From Arthrobacter ginkgonis (GTDB taxonomy: Bacteria > Actinomycetota > Actinomycetes > Actinomycetales > Micrococcaceae), in the NCBI RefSeq assembly GCF_039540195.1, contig NZ_BAABEO010000025.1:83631-107630 (forward strand): a DNA stretch of 24,000 bases, in the 5' to 3' direction. Under the pieces are notes generated by a model that searched no databases, was not told the origin of the DNA, and saw only the letters and a list, made by a program, of their open reading frames with translations. Made by a program: the position numbers and the translations under genes. Below, piece after piece: positions 1 to 8,197 of the stretch. How positions within the stretch are numbered: the first letter of the stretch is position 1; each line of letters opens with the position of its first letter.

Positions 1-288
1 ATGCCGGCCTGGTCGAGGATCGTCAGGGCGTCCAGGTGGGGTTCGACGGCGCGTGCCGCCGTCAGGTCCAGGGAGGCGAGGGTGGCCAGCAGCCGCCACC
101 AGCGCTCCGCGTTGCCACGCAGGGGCGACAGCCCAGAGCCGATGCTGGGCAGGGTGCCGGTCCGGAGCAGGGCAATGACCGGCGCCGGATCGCCGTGGCA
201 GTCCGATGCCGCCGCAGCCAAGGCCGCTTCCGCTGCCGACGGCGGCTCGGCAGCCCCTTCCGAAAACCTCACCCATCCTGAATCCATG
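1..288 (-). CDS. Partial CDS (first 96 codons; continues off the left edge), acyl-CoA dehydrogenase-family-like flavoprotein
   Basis: Absent from the ORF track because no stop lies in the window. The reverse complement from the ATG at 288 reads MDSGWVRFSEGAAEPPSAAEAALAAAASDCHGDPAPVIALLRTGTLPSIGSGLSPLRGNAERWWRLLATLASLDLTAARAVEPHLDALTILDQAGH and stays open to position 1. The pattern G.G....RW..L..LA..DL..AR..E.H.DA..IL recalls N-termini of actinobacterial ACAD/DszC-like proteins (recall only). The + ORF 1..324 looks like an Arg/Pro/Ser-rich shadow frame. Confidence 0.45.
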
Positions 289-484
289 GACAGCCTTTCC
301 ACGTGCTCCGTGTCCCCACCCTAGCCATCCGGGACCGGATTTTGGGATTCGGCCCGGCCGCGGCGAGCGCGCATCCGCCGGGGCGTCGGGGCGGCAGCCA
401 TGCCTAGTCACCGGCCACGTGGCCCCCGGCGTCCGCCGCGGGCGGGGACTTACGTTCTCCGGGACAACGGCCTAGGTTGACCCT

Positions 485-568
485 ATGAAAGTCGTGTTCG
501 GTCTTTGGATGGCCTTCATCGTGGGGGGTCTCGTGTACATGATCGCCATCGGGCTGGCGGGGCGATGA
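485..568 (+). CDS. 27-aa hydrophobic micro-protein (MKVVFGLWMAFIVGGLVYMIAIGLAGR), single predicted TM helix
   Basis: ATG at 485. Its TGA stop (566-568) overlaps the ATG (565-567) of the downstream membrane-protein gene in an ATGA coupling arrangement. The sequence is almost entirely hydrophobic. It is too short for the ORF track. Confidence 0.35.
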   Translation: MKVVFGLWMAFIVGGLVYMIAIGLAGR

Positions 569-1248
569 AGGGCCAGGGAGGCATCCGGCAGCACGGGCTC
601 AGCCTCCTCTTCGCCGTCCTGTTCCTCGCGGCGCTGATCGGGCAGTCCTTCGCGGGACTGGCCGTCTACAACGAGGACCAGCTCTCCCACGGCCAGGCCG
701 TGGTCACCTACTGGCAGTTCGTGACGTCGTCGGCCTTTGTGGTGGACGTGGCGGAGAACTGGCAGTCGGAATACCTGCAGTTCTTCCTGTTCATCCTCGC
801 GACCATCTGGTTCATCGAAAAAGGGTCCCCGGAATCGAAGAAGCCCGGCGACGAGGGAGTCGGAACGGACGAGGAACAGCTGGTGGGGCCCCACGCCCGC
901 CCGGATTCCCCCCGCTGGGCCAAGGCCGAGGGGTGGCGCCGCACCCTCTACTCCAACTCCCTGCTGCTGGTGATGGGCGCCATCTTCCTGCTGTCCCTGT
1001 GGGCCCAGTCGCTCGCCGGCACGGTGGTGTACAACGAGGAGCAGGCCGAGCACGGCCAGCCGGCGGTGGACTGGCTCGGATACGTCCTGTCGGCCGACTT
1101 CTGGAACCGCACCCTGCAGAACTGGCAGTCGGAGTTCCTTGCCGTGGGCAGCATGGTGGTGCTCTCCATCTACCTGCGCCAGCGCGGTTCCGCGGAGTCC
1201 AAACCGGTGGGCGTCCCCCACCACACCAGCTCGACCGAGAGCGAGTAG
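565..1248 (+). CDS. DUF6766-like integral membrane protein with an internal two-fold repeat
   Basis: Track ORF 505..1248. The likely start is the internal ATG at 565 (MKGQGGIRQHGLSLLF...). Two homologous halves each carry a TM segment, QS.AG..VYNE.Q..HGQ, NWQSE(Y/F)L, a second TM segment and GS.ESK.P.G. I recall this pattern as the DUF6766 family. Confidence 0.7.
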   Translation: MKGQGGIRQHGLSLLFAVLFLAALIGQSFAGLAVYNEDQLSHGQAVVTYWQFVTSSAFVVDVAENWQSEYLQFFLFILATIWFIEKGSPESKKPGDEGVGTDEEQLVGPHARPDSPRWAKAEGWRRTLYSNSLLLVMGAIFLLSLWAQSLAGTVVYNEEQAEHGQPAVDWLGYVLSADFWNRTLQNWQSEFLAVGSMVVLSIYLRQRGSAESKPVGVPHHTSSTESE

Positions 1249-1403
1249 GACGCTTTTCGCGACGAGGCCGGCAGCCCGGGCGCGGGAATGCCGTGGGGAA
1301 TCCCCCGCTTTCCAGGCCTTGGCAACCGGCGGTGGCGCGTGTCACACTCAACGCCATCCCGCGTAGACGCGCGGGCCCATCGCGACGCCGCCGGGGAGGT
1401 GCC

Positions 1404-2555
1404 ATGTCCGCCTCCCGGCTCGAAGCGGCCCTGGCCGCCAGCGAGGATCCCACCGCCAAGGCCCGCACCCTGCTGCCGCTGCACCGGATCTGGAGCGAGA
1501 CGGCAGCGATCCCCGGACCCGTGCGCCCCGTCGTCGCCCGCTCCTGGCAGCGGCAAAACCTCGGCCCCGCGGTGATTCGCCCGCTGGATGCCGCGGGAAT
1601 CCGCGAGCGGCGCGAACGCGCGGCCGGGCTCTCCTCGCTGGTGCCGCTGCTGCGCGAACGGCTGCTCGGGCTCGCCGCCGACGCCGGCAACGAGCTGGTG
1701 ATCAGCGACGACGAGGGCTATGTGCTGTGGGTCGACGGGCCCTCGCAGGTGCGCCGGCGCAGCGACGGAATCGGCTTCGTCGGCGGCGCCCGCTGGCGCG
1801 AGACCGACGTGGGCACCAACTCGCTCGGCGCGGCGATGACCGAGCGCGCCCCGGTGCAGATCTTCGGGCCCGAGCACGCCCGCGAGGAGCAGCACGCGTG
1901 GGTGTGCACGAGCGCGCCGCTGCTGGATGCGGCCGGCGCGGTGCTGGGCACGGTCACGCTCTCCGGCTCCTACCGCACCGCCCACCCGCACACCCTCGCC
2001 CTGGTCTGCGCGGCGGTCGCGGAGGCCTCCGGGCTTCTGGCGGTCCGGCGCGACGCCGAGCTGGCGCAGCTGGCCGGCCGCGTCCCCGCCCCGGCCGCGC
2101 CGCACGTGCTCGTCGACCCCGCCGGCTGGGTCGCGCGCACGCACGGCTTCGGCGTGTCCGGGCGGCTGCGCCTGCCCGGCGGCCTGGGGCCCGGTCCGCT
2201 CTGGGTGGCCGGGCTCGGGCACGTGGTGGCCGAAGCGGTCGACGGCGGCTGGACCCTGCGCGCCGCCGACACCCGCACCGAACTCGAACTCATCGCCCAC
2301 CCGGCGCCCCGCGCACTGATCCACCACGGCGACTCCAGCACCGCCGTGCCGCTGAGCGAGCGGCACTACCAGATCCTGGCGCTGCTGGCCGCGCACCCGG
2401 CGGGGCTGGACGTACGCGGCATGCTGGCCCGGCTCGACGGGGCGACCACCGAGGTCACCGTGCGCGCCGAACTCTCCCGACTGCGCCGCCGCCTCGGCGG
2501 GCTGATCGAATCGCGGCCCTACCGCCTGGTGGTCCCGGTCCTGGTGCACGGCTGA
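1404..2555 (+). CDS. GAF-domain transcriptional regulator (AcoR-N-terminal-like) with a C-terminal HTH-like segment
   Basis: Real start inside track ORF 933..2555 at ATG 1404, preceded by GGGGAGG (1394-1400). The sequence MSASRLEAALAASEDP...VISDDEGYVLWVDG...GARWRETDVGTNSLGAAMTERAPVQIFGPEH...WVCTSAPL...GTVTLSG is typical of actinobacterial GAF sensor regulators. The C-terminus is SERHYQILALLAAHPAGL...RAELSRLRRRLG. Confidence 0.7.
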   Translation: MSASRLEAALAASEDPTAKARTLLPLHRIWSETAAIPGPVRPVVARSWQRQNLGPAVIRPLDAAGIRERRERAAGLSSLVPLLRERLLGLAADAGNELVISDDEGYVLWVDGPSQVRRRSDGIGFVGGARWRETDVGTNSLGAAMTERAPVQIFGPEHAREEQHAWVCTSAPLLDAAGAVLGTVTLSGSYRTAHPHTLALVCAAVAEASGLLAVRRDAELAQLAGRVPAPAAPHVLVDPAGWVARTHGFGVSGRLRLPGGLGPGPLWVAGLGHVVAEAVDGGWTLRAADTRTELELIAHPAPRALIHHGDSSTAVPLSERHYQILALLAAHPAGLDVRGMLARLDGATTEVTVRAELSRLRRRLGGLIESRPYRLVVPVLVHG

Positions 2556-2644
2556 ACCCTCGGACGGCTGCAACGTCATGCAACGCTGCCGCGGATGTGA
2601 CGCGCCTCATACGCTCGTGCCATCGGTTCACGCTTTCAAAGGAG

Positions 2645-4441
2645 ATGGCCATGGATGACGAACAGGCATGGGCGGCGGCACGCGAATGGTTCACCGCCCT
2701 GGGCTCGGCGCTCGGGTCCGGGGACGCGGCGGCGGCCGCGCAGCTCTTCGGCGAGGAGTGCTACTGGCGGGACCTGGCGAGCCTGACCTGGAACCTGCAC
2801 ACCGCCGAGGGGCAGGACGGGATCCAGGCGATGCTCGAGGGCATCGAACGCGGCGCCTGGCCCCGCGAACTCGAGGTCACCGGCGCCACCGAGGCCGACG
2901 GCGTCGTCGAGGCCTGGTACAGCTTCCGCAATGACGCGTTCAGCGGACTGGGGCTGGTGCGCCTGCGCGACGGTGCCTGCTGGACGCTCCTGTCCACAGC
3001 CCAGCACCTGGCCGATTTCCCGGAACCGAGCGGACCCCGGAGGAGCCGCGGCGCCCAGCACGGGGAGGAGATGACGGCGGAGAACTGGCTGGACCGCAGG
3101 ACCCGCCGGCAGGCCGAGTTCGGCATCGCCGAACAGCCCTACGTCCTGGTCGTCGGCGGCGGCCAGGGCGGCATCGGGCTCGCCGCCCGGCTCAAGCGCC
3201 AGGGCGTGCCGGCCCTGGTGGTCGACAAGCACCCGCGTCCTGGCGACCAGTGGCGCTCGCGCTACCACTCGCTCTGCCTGCACGATCCGGTCTGGTACGA
3301 CCACATGCCCTACCTGCCCTTCCCCGACCACTGGCCGGTGTTCACGCCGAAGGACAAGATGGGCGACTGGCTTGAGCATTACACGCACCTGATGGAACTG
3401 GACTACTGGTCCAACACCGAGGCCGTCTCCGCCAGCTATGACGAGCAAGCCGGGCGGTGGAGCGTGGAGGTGCTGCGCGAAGGTGCGCCGCTGACCCTCG
3501 CCCCCTCGCATCTGGTGCTCGCCACCGGGATGTCCGGGGTGCCCAACATCCCGTCCATCCCCGGACAGGACGTCTTTGCCGGGGAGCAGAACCATTCCTC
3601 CACCCACCCCGGCGGGGAACGCTACCGGGGCAAGAACGTCGTCGTGGTCGGCTCCAACAATTCCGCCCACGACATCTGTGCGGACCTGTGGCAGAACGGG
3701 GCCAGGCCGACCATGCTGCAGCGCTCGAGCACGCACATCGTCCGCTCGGACTCGCTGATGTCCACCGTGCTGGGCCCGCTGTATTCGGAGGAGGCGCTGG
3801 CCAACGGGATCGACCACGAGACCGCGGACCTGATCTTCGCCTCCATCCCCTACAAGGTGCTTCCGGAGGTGCACAAGCCGGCCTTCGCCGCGATCCGCGA
3901 GCAGGACGCCGAGTTCTACCAGGGTCTGTCCGACGCCGGATTCGACCTGGACTTCGGCGACGACGGCTCCGGATTGTTCCTGAAGTACCTGCGCCGCGGC
4001 TCGGGCTACTACATCGACATCGGTGCCTCCTCACTGGTGGCGGACGGCTCCATCGCGCTGGCCCACGGCGACGTCGCCCGCCTCACCGAGGAGGCGGTGG
4101 TGCTCACCGACGGCACGGAACTGCCGGCCGACGCCGTCGTCTACGCCACCGGCTACGGCTCGATGAACGGCTGGGCGGCGCGGCTGATCAGCCAGGAGGT
4201 TGCCGACGCGGTGGGCAAGTGCTGGGGGCTCGGCTCGGACACCGCCAAGGACCCCGGGCCGTGGCAGGGCGAACTGCGCAACATGTGGAAGCCCACCCGG
4301 CAGCCGAACCTCTGGTTCCACGGCGGGAACCTGCACCAGTCCCGGCACTACTCGAAGTACCTGGCGCTGCAGCTCAAGGCCCGGTTCGAGGGGCTGGACA
4401 CCCCGGTCTACGCGCTCGCGGAGACCCACCACACCGCCTGA
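2645..4441 (+). CDS. Flavin-containing monooxygenase (class B, type II FMO / Baeyer-Villiger-like) with an N-terminal NTF2/SnoaL-like extension
   Basis: Real start inside track ORF 1727..4441: ATG 2645 or 2651, after AAAGGAG (2637-2643). FAD GxGxxG is VVGGGQGGIGLAARL, the FMO-type motif is FAGEQNHSSTH, the second dinucleotide fold is VVVGSNNSAHD, and the ATG motif is VYATGYG. About 150 N-terminal residues (WFTALGSALGSGD...YWRDL...) look NTF2-like. Confidence 0.8.
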   Translation: MAMDDEQAWAAAREWFTALGSALGSGDAAAAAQLFGEECYWRDLASLTWNLHTAEGQDGIQAMLEGIERGAWPRELEVTGATEADGVVEAWYSFRNDAFSGLGLVRLRDGACWTLLSTAQHLADFPEPSGPRRSRGAQHGEEMTAENWLDRRTRRQAEFGIAEQPYVLVVGGGQGGIGLAARLKRQGVPALVVDKHPRPGDQWRSRYHSLCLHDPVWYDHMPYLPFPDHWPVFTPKDKMGDWLEHYTHLMELDYWSNTEAVSASYDEQAGRWSVEVLREGAPLTLAPSHLVLATGMSGVPNIPSIPGQDVFAGEQNHSSTHPGGERYRGKNVVVVGSNNSAHDICADLWQNGARPTMLQRSSTHIVRSDSLMSTVLGPLYSEEALANGIDHETADLIFASIPYKVLPEVHKPAFAAIREQDAEFYQGLSDAGFDLDFGDDGSGLFLKYLRRGSGYYIDIGASSLVADGSIALAHGDVARLTEEAVVLTDGTELPADAVVYATGYGSMNGWAARLISQEVADAVGKCWGLGSDTAKDPGPWQGELRNMWKPTRQPNLWFHGGNLHQSRHYSKYLALQLKARFEGLDTPVYALAETHHTA

Positions 4442-4450
4442 GAAGGATCC

Positions 4451-4495
4451 CGGCGCCCGCGGGACGGAAGCATCACCTCCGTCCCGCGGGCGCCG
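4451..4495. terminator. Bidirectional stem-loop between convergent genes
   Basis: Perfect 18-bp stem CGGCGCCCGCGGGACGGA (4451-4468) / TCCGTCCCGCGGGCGCCG (4478-4495) with a 9-nt loop. It lies between the FMO stop (4441) and the GNAT stop (4552). Confidence 0.6.
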
Positions 4496-4551
4496 TCGCG
4501 CCCTCCCCCGCACCCTCCTCCGGGGTGCCGCCGTCGACCGGACCGGCGTGG

Positions 4552-5145
4552 TCACAGATCGCGGCGCATGATGAGCCGGGGCATCCTGCCCGCCACCGCG
4601 TCGGTGGTGCCGATGACCCGGAATCCCGCCTTCTCGAACATCGAGCGGGTGCCGACGAACGCCATGGTCAGGTCCATGCGTCCCTCCGGATCCACGGGGT
4701 AGGCCTCGACCGCCGGAGCACCCCGCGAGGCGGCATACCGGACGGCTCCCTCGATGAGGCGGCCCGTAACGCCCTGCTTGCGGCGGCCGCTGCGCACGAC
4801 CACGCAGATGATGCTCCACACCGGGACCTCGTCCACGGGCCGCATGAGCTTCGAGGCCGCCAGCCGCGGGATCTCGGAGCGGGGGCCGATGCTGCACCAC
4901 CCGACGGGCTCGCCGTCGCGATAGGTGAGCACCCCGGGCGGATTCTCCCGCTCGCACAGCCTCCGCATGGCCTGTTCGCGGCTGCCGCCGCCGAGCTCCT
5001 CGATGTCCTTGGCCCCCAGACGGTGCGAGAGGCACCAACAGTGGGTGTCGCGTCGGTTCGGGTTGATGACGTCAGCGAAGTCCTCGAACCGGTCGGGGGT
5101 GACCGGACGGGTCTGCCAGTCCGTCGTGGGCGCGGCCTCGGTCAT
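4552..5145 (-). CDS. GNAT-family N-acetyltransferase
   Basis: 197-aa ORF. The acetyl-CoA-binding-type segment VVVRSGRRKQGVTGRLIEGAVRYAASRGA (R/Q-x-x-G-x-G/A) and C-terminal FEKAGF are GNAT hallmarks. It starts 49 nt downstream of the CocE/NonD stop on the same strand. Confidence 0.75.
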   Translation of the reverse strand: MTEAAPTTDWQTRPVTPDRFEDFADVINPNRRDTHCWCLSHRLGAKDIEELGGGSREQAMRRLCERENPPGVLTYRDGEPVGWCSIGPRSEIPRLAASKLMRPVDEVPVWSIICVVVRSGRRKQGVTGRLIEGAVRYAASRGAPAVEAYPVDPEGRMDLTMAFVGTRSMFEKAGFRVIGTTDAVAGRMPRLIMRRDL

Positions 5146-5194
5146 GGGACCATCCTGCCGTCCCGGTCCGGTCCCCGACCAGTCCCCGGCGGGG

Positions 5195-6934
5195 TCAGTC
5201 CGCCCGGCCCTCCGCCGTCTTGCGCGTGGTGAACGGCAGGACCAGCCGGGACTGGTGGGCGGCGTCGCGGTAGATCTTGTGCGTGACGGGCCGGCCCACC
5301 GGCAGGTGGAAGGCGTCCGGCGGCAGCAGCGCGTTGTGCTCGTCGGCCAGCGGTTCGCTGTTGGACAGTTCCGCCACCAGCTTGTGGCCGGGCCGGAAGG
5401 TGTTCGCGAACGGGTAGAGGCGCACCACGTACTCCTCGATCCTGCCCGGCTCCACCGGCACCACGCGGGTGTGCGGGTGGTACGGGTTGCCCTCGGTGGT
5501 GCGCTCGTCCAGCTCGCGGTGCGAGGCCTTGAGGTAGCCGGTGGTGATCAGCTGGCGCTTGCCGTTCGGCGCGGCGTCCCACAGGCGCAGGATGAAGTTG
5601 GTGTCCGGCTGGTCGATCTCGGCGAAGAGGTGCGCGGCACCGGTGCCGATCATCTCCGCATCCTCCTCGAAGACGGGGGTGGACCAGGAGATGATCTCCA
5701 CCTTGTCGGTCACCGTGAGCGGCGCCTGGTAGAAGCCGTCCGGGGCGGCGTACTCCGCGCCCATCGGCTCGGGCTCGGTGGAGAGCTTGTGGCGCGGGCG
5801 CAGGTACAGGGACCTGTACTCGATGTCCTTCGGCGGCCAGGCGTCCGCGGTCACCAGTTCCCGGGAGCCCTCCACGAAGACGCTCACGGCCGGCTCGTCC
5901 ATCACGCCGTTGTCGATGCCCTTGATCCAGTAGTCGTACCAGCGGAACATCTTGTCGTGCTCCTCGATGAAGGGCCGGGACTGCATCGGCGGGTAGGGGC
6001 CGATGTCCAGCTTCTTGGGCCCCTTGAGCTCGTTGAACAGCTCGATGGTGCCGTCCAGGGTCCAGCCCCGGCCCTGGTCCAGCTGCAGCCAGACCGGGAT
6101 GTCGATGTTCGGGGCCAGCGTGATGGGGTTGCGCTCCTCGTACCATTCCCCGTCGAGCTCGTTCATCACGATGTCGAACCAGGCCTCGTGGTTCTTGGGG
6201 TAGTTCAGCACGTGCACCAGGTTGGGCCAGGCGGCGACGTCCGGGTCCTCGAGGCGCATGGCGACCAGCTTCTTGAGCTCCTCGGGCGAGTGCTTCTCGA
6301 TCATGCGGGACTTGACGTTGTCGGTGAACGCCCAGCCGGAGTCGCCGCCGCGGCCCTCGCGGGCGGCACGGGGCATGAACCACATGATGCCGCCGTGGTA
6401 GGTGGTCTCGTAGAAGTCGTAGTGGCCGCCGGAGACGAAGATCGCCTTCAGGCTCGGCGGGCGCTCGGCCGCGGCCAGCACCTGCATGGAGCCGAAGTAG
6501 GAGATGCCGACCATGCCGACGTTGCCGTCGCACCACGGCTGGGCGGCGACCCACTCGATGAAGTCGTACGCGTCCTGGCCCAGCGAAACGCCGCCGGCGT
6601 TGTAGTTGCCGACGTGCTCGCCTTCGGAGGCGCCGGAGCCGCGCAGGTCGCCGATGACGTGGACGTAGTCCTCCTTGACGATCCGAGCGATGTCCCCGGC
6701 CTCGATGCAGCCGTCCCACATGGGGCTGGGGCGCCGCTGCGGCGGGGTGGTCAGGGCCAGCGCCTGCAGTTCCTTGCCGTACGGGCTCAGGGCCACCAGC
6801 GCCGGGCGCGGCTTGTCCTCGAGGCCCTGGTAGGCGTCGGCGGCGAGCTCGACGCCGTCCCGCATCGGGACGCGGAGGTCCTTGCGGATGGCGATCGTCT
6901 CTCCGCCGGCGTTCCACGTCGTGAAATCAGCCAT
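5195..6934 (-). CDS. CocE/NonD-family alpha/beta hydrolase (S15 X-Pro dipeptidyl-peptidase-like)
   Basis: Track ORF 5195..8185 is over-extended; the plausible start is ATG at 6934 (MADFTTWNAGGETIAIRKDLRVPMRDGVELAADAY). Supporting motifs are the nucleophile elbow GMVGISYFGS, GDLRGSGASEG, and a long C-terminal beta-domain typical of CocE/NonD. Confidence 0.8.
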   Translation of the reverse strand: MADFTTWNAGGETIAIRKDLRVPMRDGVELAADAYQGLEDKPRPALVALSPYGKELQALALTTPPQRRPSPMWDGCIEAGDIARIVKEDYVHVIGDLRGSGASEGEHVGNYNAGGVSLGQDAYDFIEWVAAQPWCDGNVGMVGISYFGSMQVLAAAERPPSLKAIFVSGGHYDFYETTYHGGIMWFMPRAAREGRGGDSGWAFTDNVKSRMIEKHSPEELKKLVAMRLEDPDVAAWPNLVHVLNYPKNHEAWFDIVMNELDGEWYEERNPITLAPNIDIPVWLQLDQGRGWTLDGTIELFNELKGPKKLDIGPYPPMQSRPFIEEHDKMFRWYDYWIKGIDNGVMDEPAVSVFVEGSRELVTADAWPPKDIEYRSLYLRPRHKLSTEPEPMGAEYAAPDGFYQAPLTVTDKVEIISWSTPVFEEDAEMIGTGAAHLFAEIDQPDTNFILRLWDAAPNGKRQLITTGYLKASHRELDERTTEGNPYHPHTRVVPVEPGRIEEYVVRLYPFANTFRPGHKLVAELSNSEPLADEHNALLPPDAFHLPVGRPVTHKIYRDAAHQSRLVLPFTTRKTAEGRAD

Positions 6935-7010
6935 GAGTGTGCAGCTCCTGTTCAACGTTGGATGCCAGGTCTCCCGCTGGCAGGCATGCCCTTTCGAGCA
7001 CGACTCAGTC

Positions 7011-7028
7011 ATATTATTATAATAATAT
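7011..7028. promoter_or_regulatory. 18-bp perfect all-A/T palindrome ATATTATTATAATAATAT in a divergent intergenic region (operator and/or overlapping divergent -10 boxes)
   Basis: Read directly; the sequence equals its own reverse complement. It contains TATAAT on the + strand (7018-7023) and on the - strand (7016-7021). It sits between the CocE/NonD start (6934, -) and the MBL start (7154, +) in otherwise GC-rich DNA. Confidence 0.5.
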
Positions 7029-7153
7029 AGTTGTGGGCAAGGCCACAGCGCCAGGGACCCCTCGTGGCATCCCCCGCCGCGAACAGGGTCCCGGCCCGCG
7101 TGGCCGACAATCATCAAAGACCGGGAACGGGTTTTGGAGCTGAGGAGAGAACA

Positions 7154-8095
7154 ATGACGCAAGAAGTGAAAATCCATCCACTGGTGTCGCCCTGGGGCCG
7201 CTTCGGCCTCTACAGCTTCTTCATCGACGCTCCGGAACCGGCCATCGTCGACACCGGCATCGCCTCTTCCCCGGCCAAGGGCATGGCGCCCGCCCTCGAG
7301 AAGCTCGGCCGCCGCATCGAGGATGTGCGCTGGATCCTGCTGACCCACGGCCACATCGACCATCTCGGCGGCGCGCACGCGCTGTGGGAGCTCACGGGCC
7401 GGCGAGCGCAGGTGGTGATCCACGAGGCCGACGCTCCCCTGCTGCGCTCCCGGCGCGCGCACATGGACCAGTACGTGGACGTGCGCCAGCAGTACCTGGA
7501 CAATCCGAACGCCGTGGAGGAACAGACCAGGATGGCGGAGGCGGTCATCTCCGGCGAGATGGAGCCGGCGGTCCTCGTGAAGGGCGGCGAAATCCTTTCC
7601 CTCGGCGGGGACGTCACCGTCTCCGTGCACCACATCCCGGGACACACGGCCGGTTCCGTGGCCTACGTCGTGGACGGGCAGCAGTCCGTTTTCGTCGGCG
7701 ATGCCGTGCAGATCCACGGTGCAGCCAACGGCTTCCCCGGCTACGAGGACCCGCTCGCCTACCGCTCCAGCCTGCGGTACCTGCTCGACGAGGTCCGCCC
7801 GCAGCACCTCTACCTTGGCCACCCCTACCGCGGCGCGGACGGGGTGCCCCACGGCGTCGAACTGGACAGCGAGACGGCCCGGACCGCCCTGCAGGGGAGC
7901 CTGGACCTCGAAGCCAGGATCGACGGCGCCGCCCGCCGGTATCTGCGCGAGGGCCTGCGGGAGACGGACTCGGTGTACTCCCCGTTCGCCCCGGTCGCCG
8001 AGGAGCTCGGCTACGGGGGCGATCCCACGCTGGAGCCCTCCCCCTTCTTCACGACGCTGCACGGCTACCGCCGACTGGAGGCCGCCTCCCGCTGA
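7154..8095 (+). CDS. MBL-fold metallo-hydrolase
   Basis: Start ATG 7154 after GAGGAGAG (7142-7149), inside track ORF 7031..8095. It carries the HxHxDH motif LLTHGHIDHLGG, a downstream metal ligand context HHIPGHTAGS, and GDAV. Confidence 0.8.
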   Translation: MTQEVKIHPLVSPWGRFGLYSFFIDAPEPAIVDTGIASSPAKGMAPALEKLGRRIEDVRWILLTHGHIDHLGGAHALWELTGRRAQVVIHEADAPLLRSRRAHMDQYVDVRQQYLDNPNAVEEQTRMAEAVISGEMEPAVLVKGGEILSLGGDVTVSVHHIPGHTAGSVAYVVDGQQSVFVGDAVQIHGAANGFPGYEDPLAYRSSLRYLLDEVRPQHLYLGHPYRGADGVPHGVELDSETARTALQGSLDLEARIDGAARRYLREGLRETDSVYSPFAPVAEELGYGGDPTLEPSPFFTTLHGYRRLEAASR

Positions 8096-8109
8096 CCCCG
8101 GCACGGACC

Positions 8110-8148
8110 ACGACGGCGGCGCGCCGGGCGGGCGCGCGCCGCCGTCGT
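8110..8148. terminator. Bidirectional GC-rich stem-loop between convergent genes
   Basis: 15-bp perfect stem ACGACGGCGGCGCGC (8110-8124) / GCGCGCCGCCGTCGT (8134-8148) with a 9-nt loop. It lies between the MBL stop (8095) and the membrane-protein stop (8198). Confidence 0.55.
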
Positions 8149-8197
8149 TCCCGGCCGCCTTCGGCCCGATGCGGGATCGGCCCAATCCAGGGTCGAT

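Noticed and set aside
6935-8185. The 5' extension of the CocE/NonD ORF (track 5195..8185-, 996 aa), and the N-terminal extensions of ORFs 1727..4441, 933..2555 and 11546..13774.
   Set aside because: The extensions are Arg/Pro/Gly-rich, cross intergenic signals (the AT palindrome, RBSs) or run antisense through other well-supported genes. Internal ATGs with Shine-Dalgarno sequences give proteins of family-typical length.
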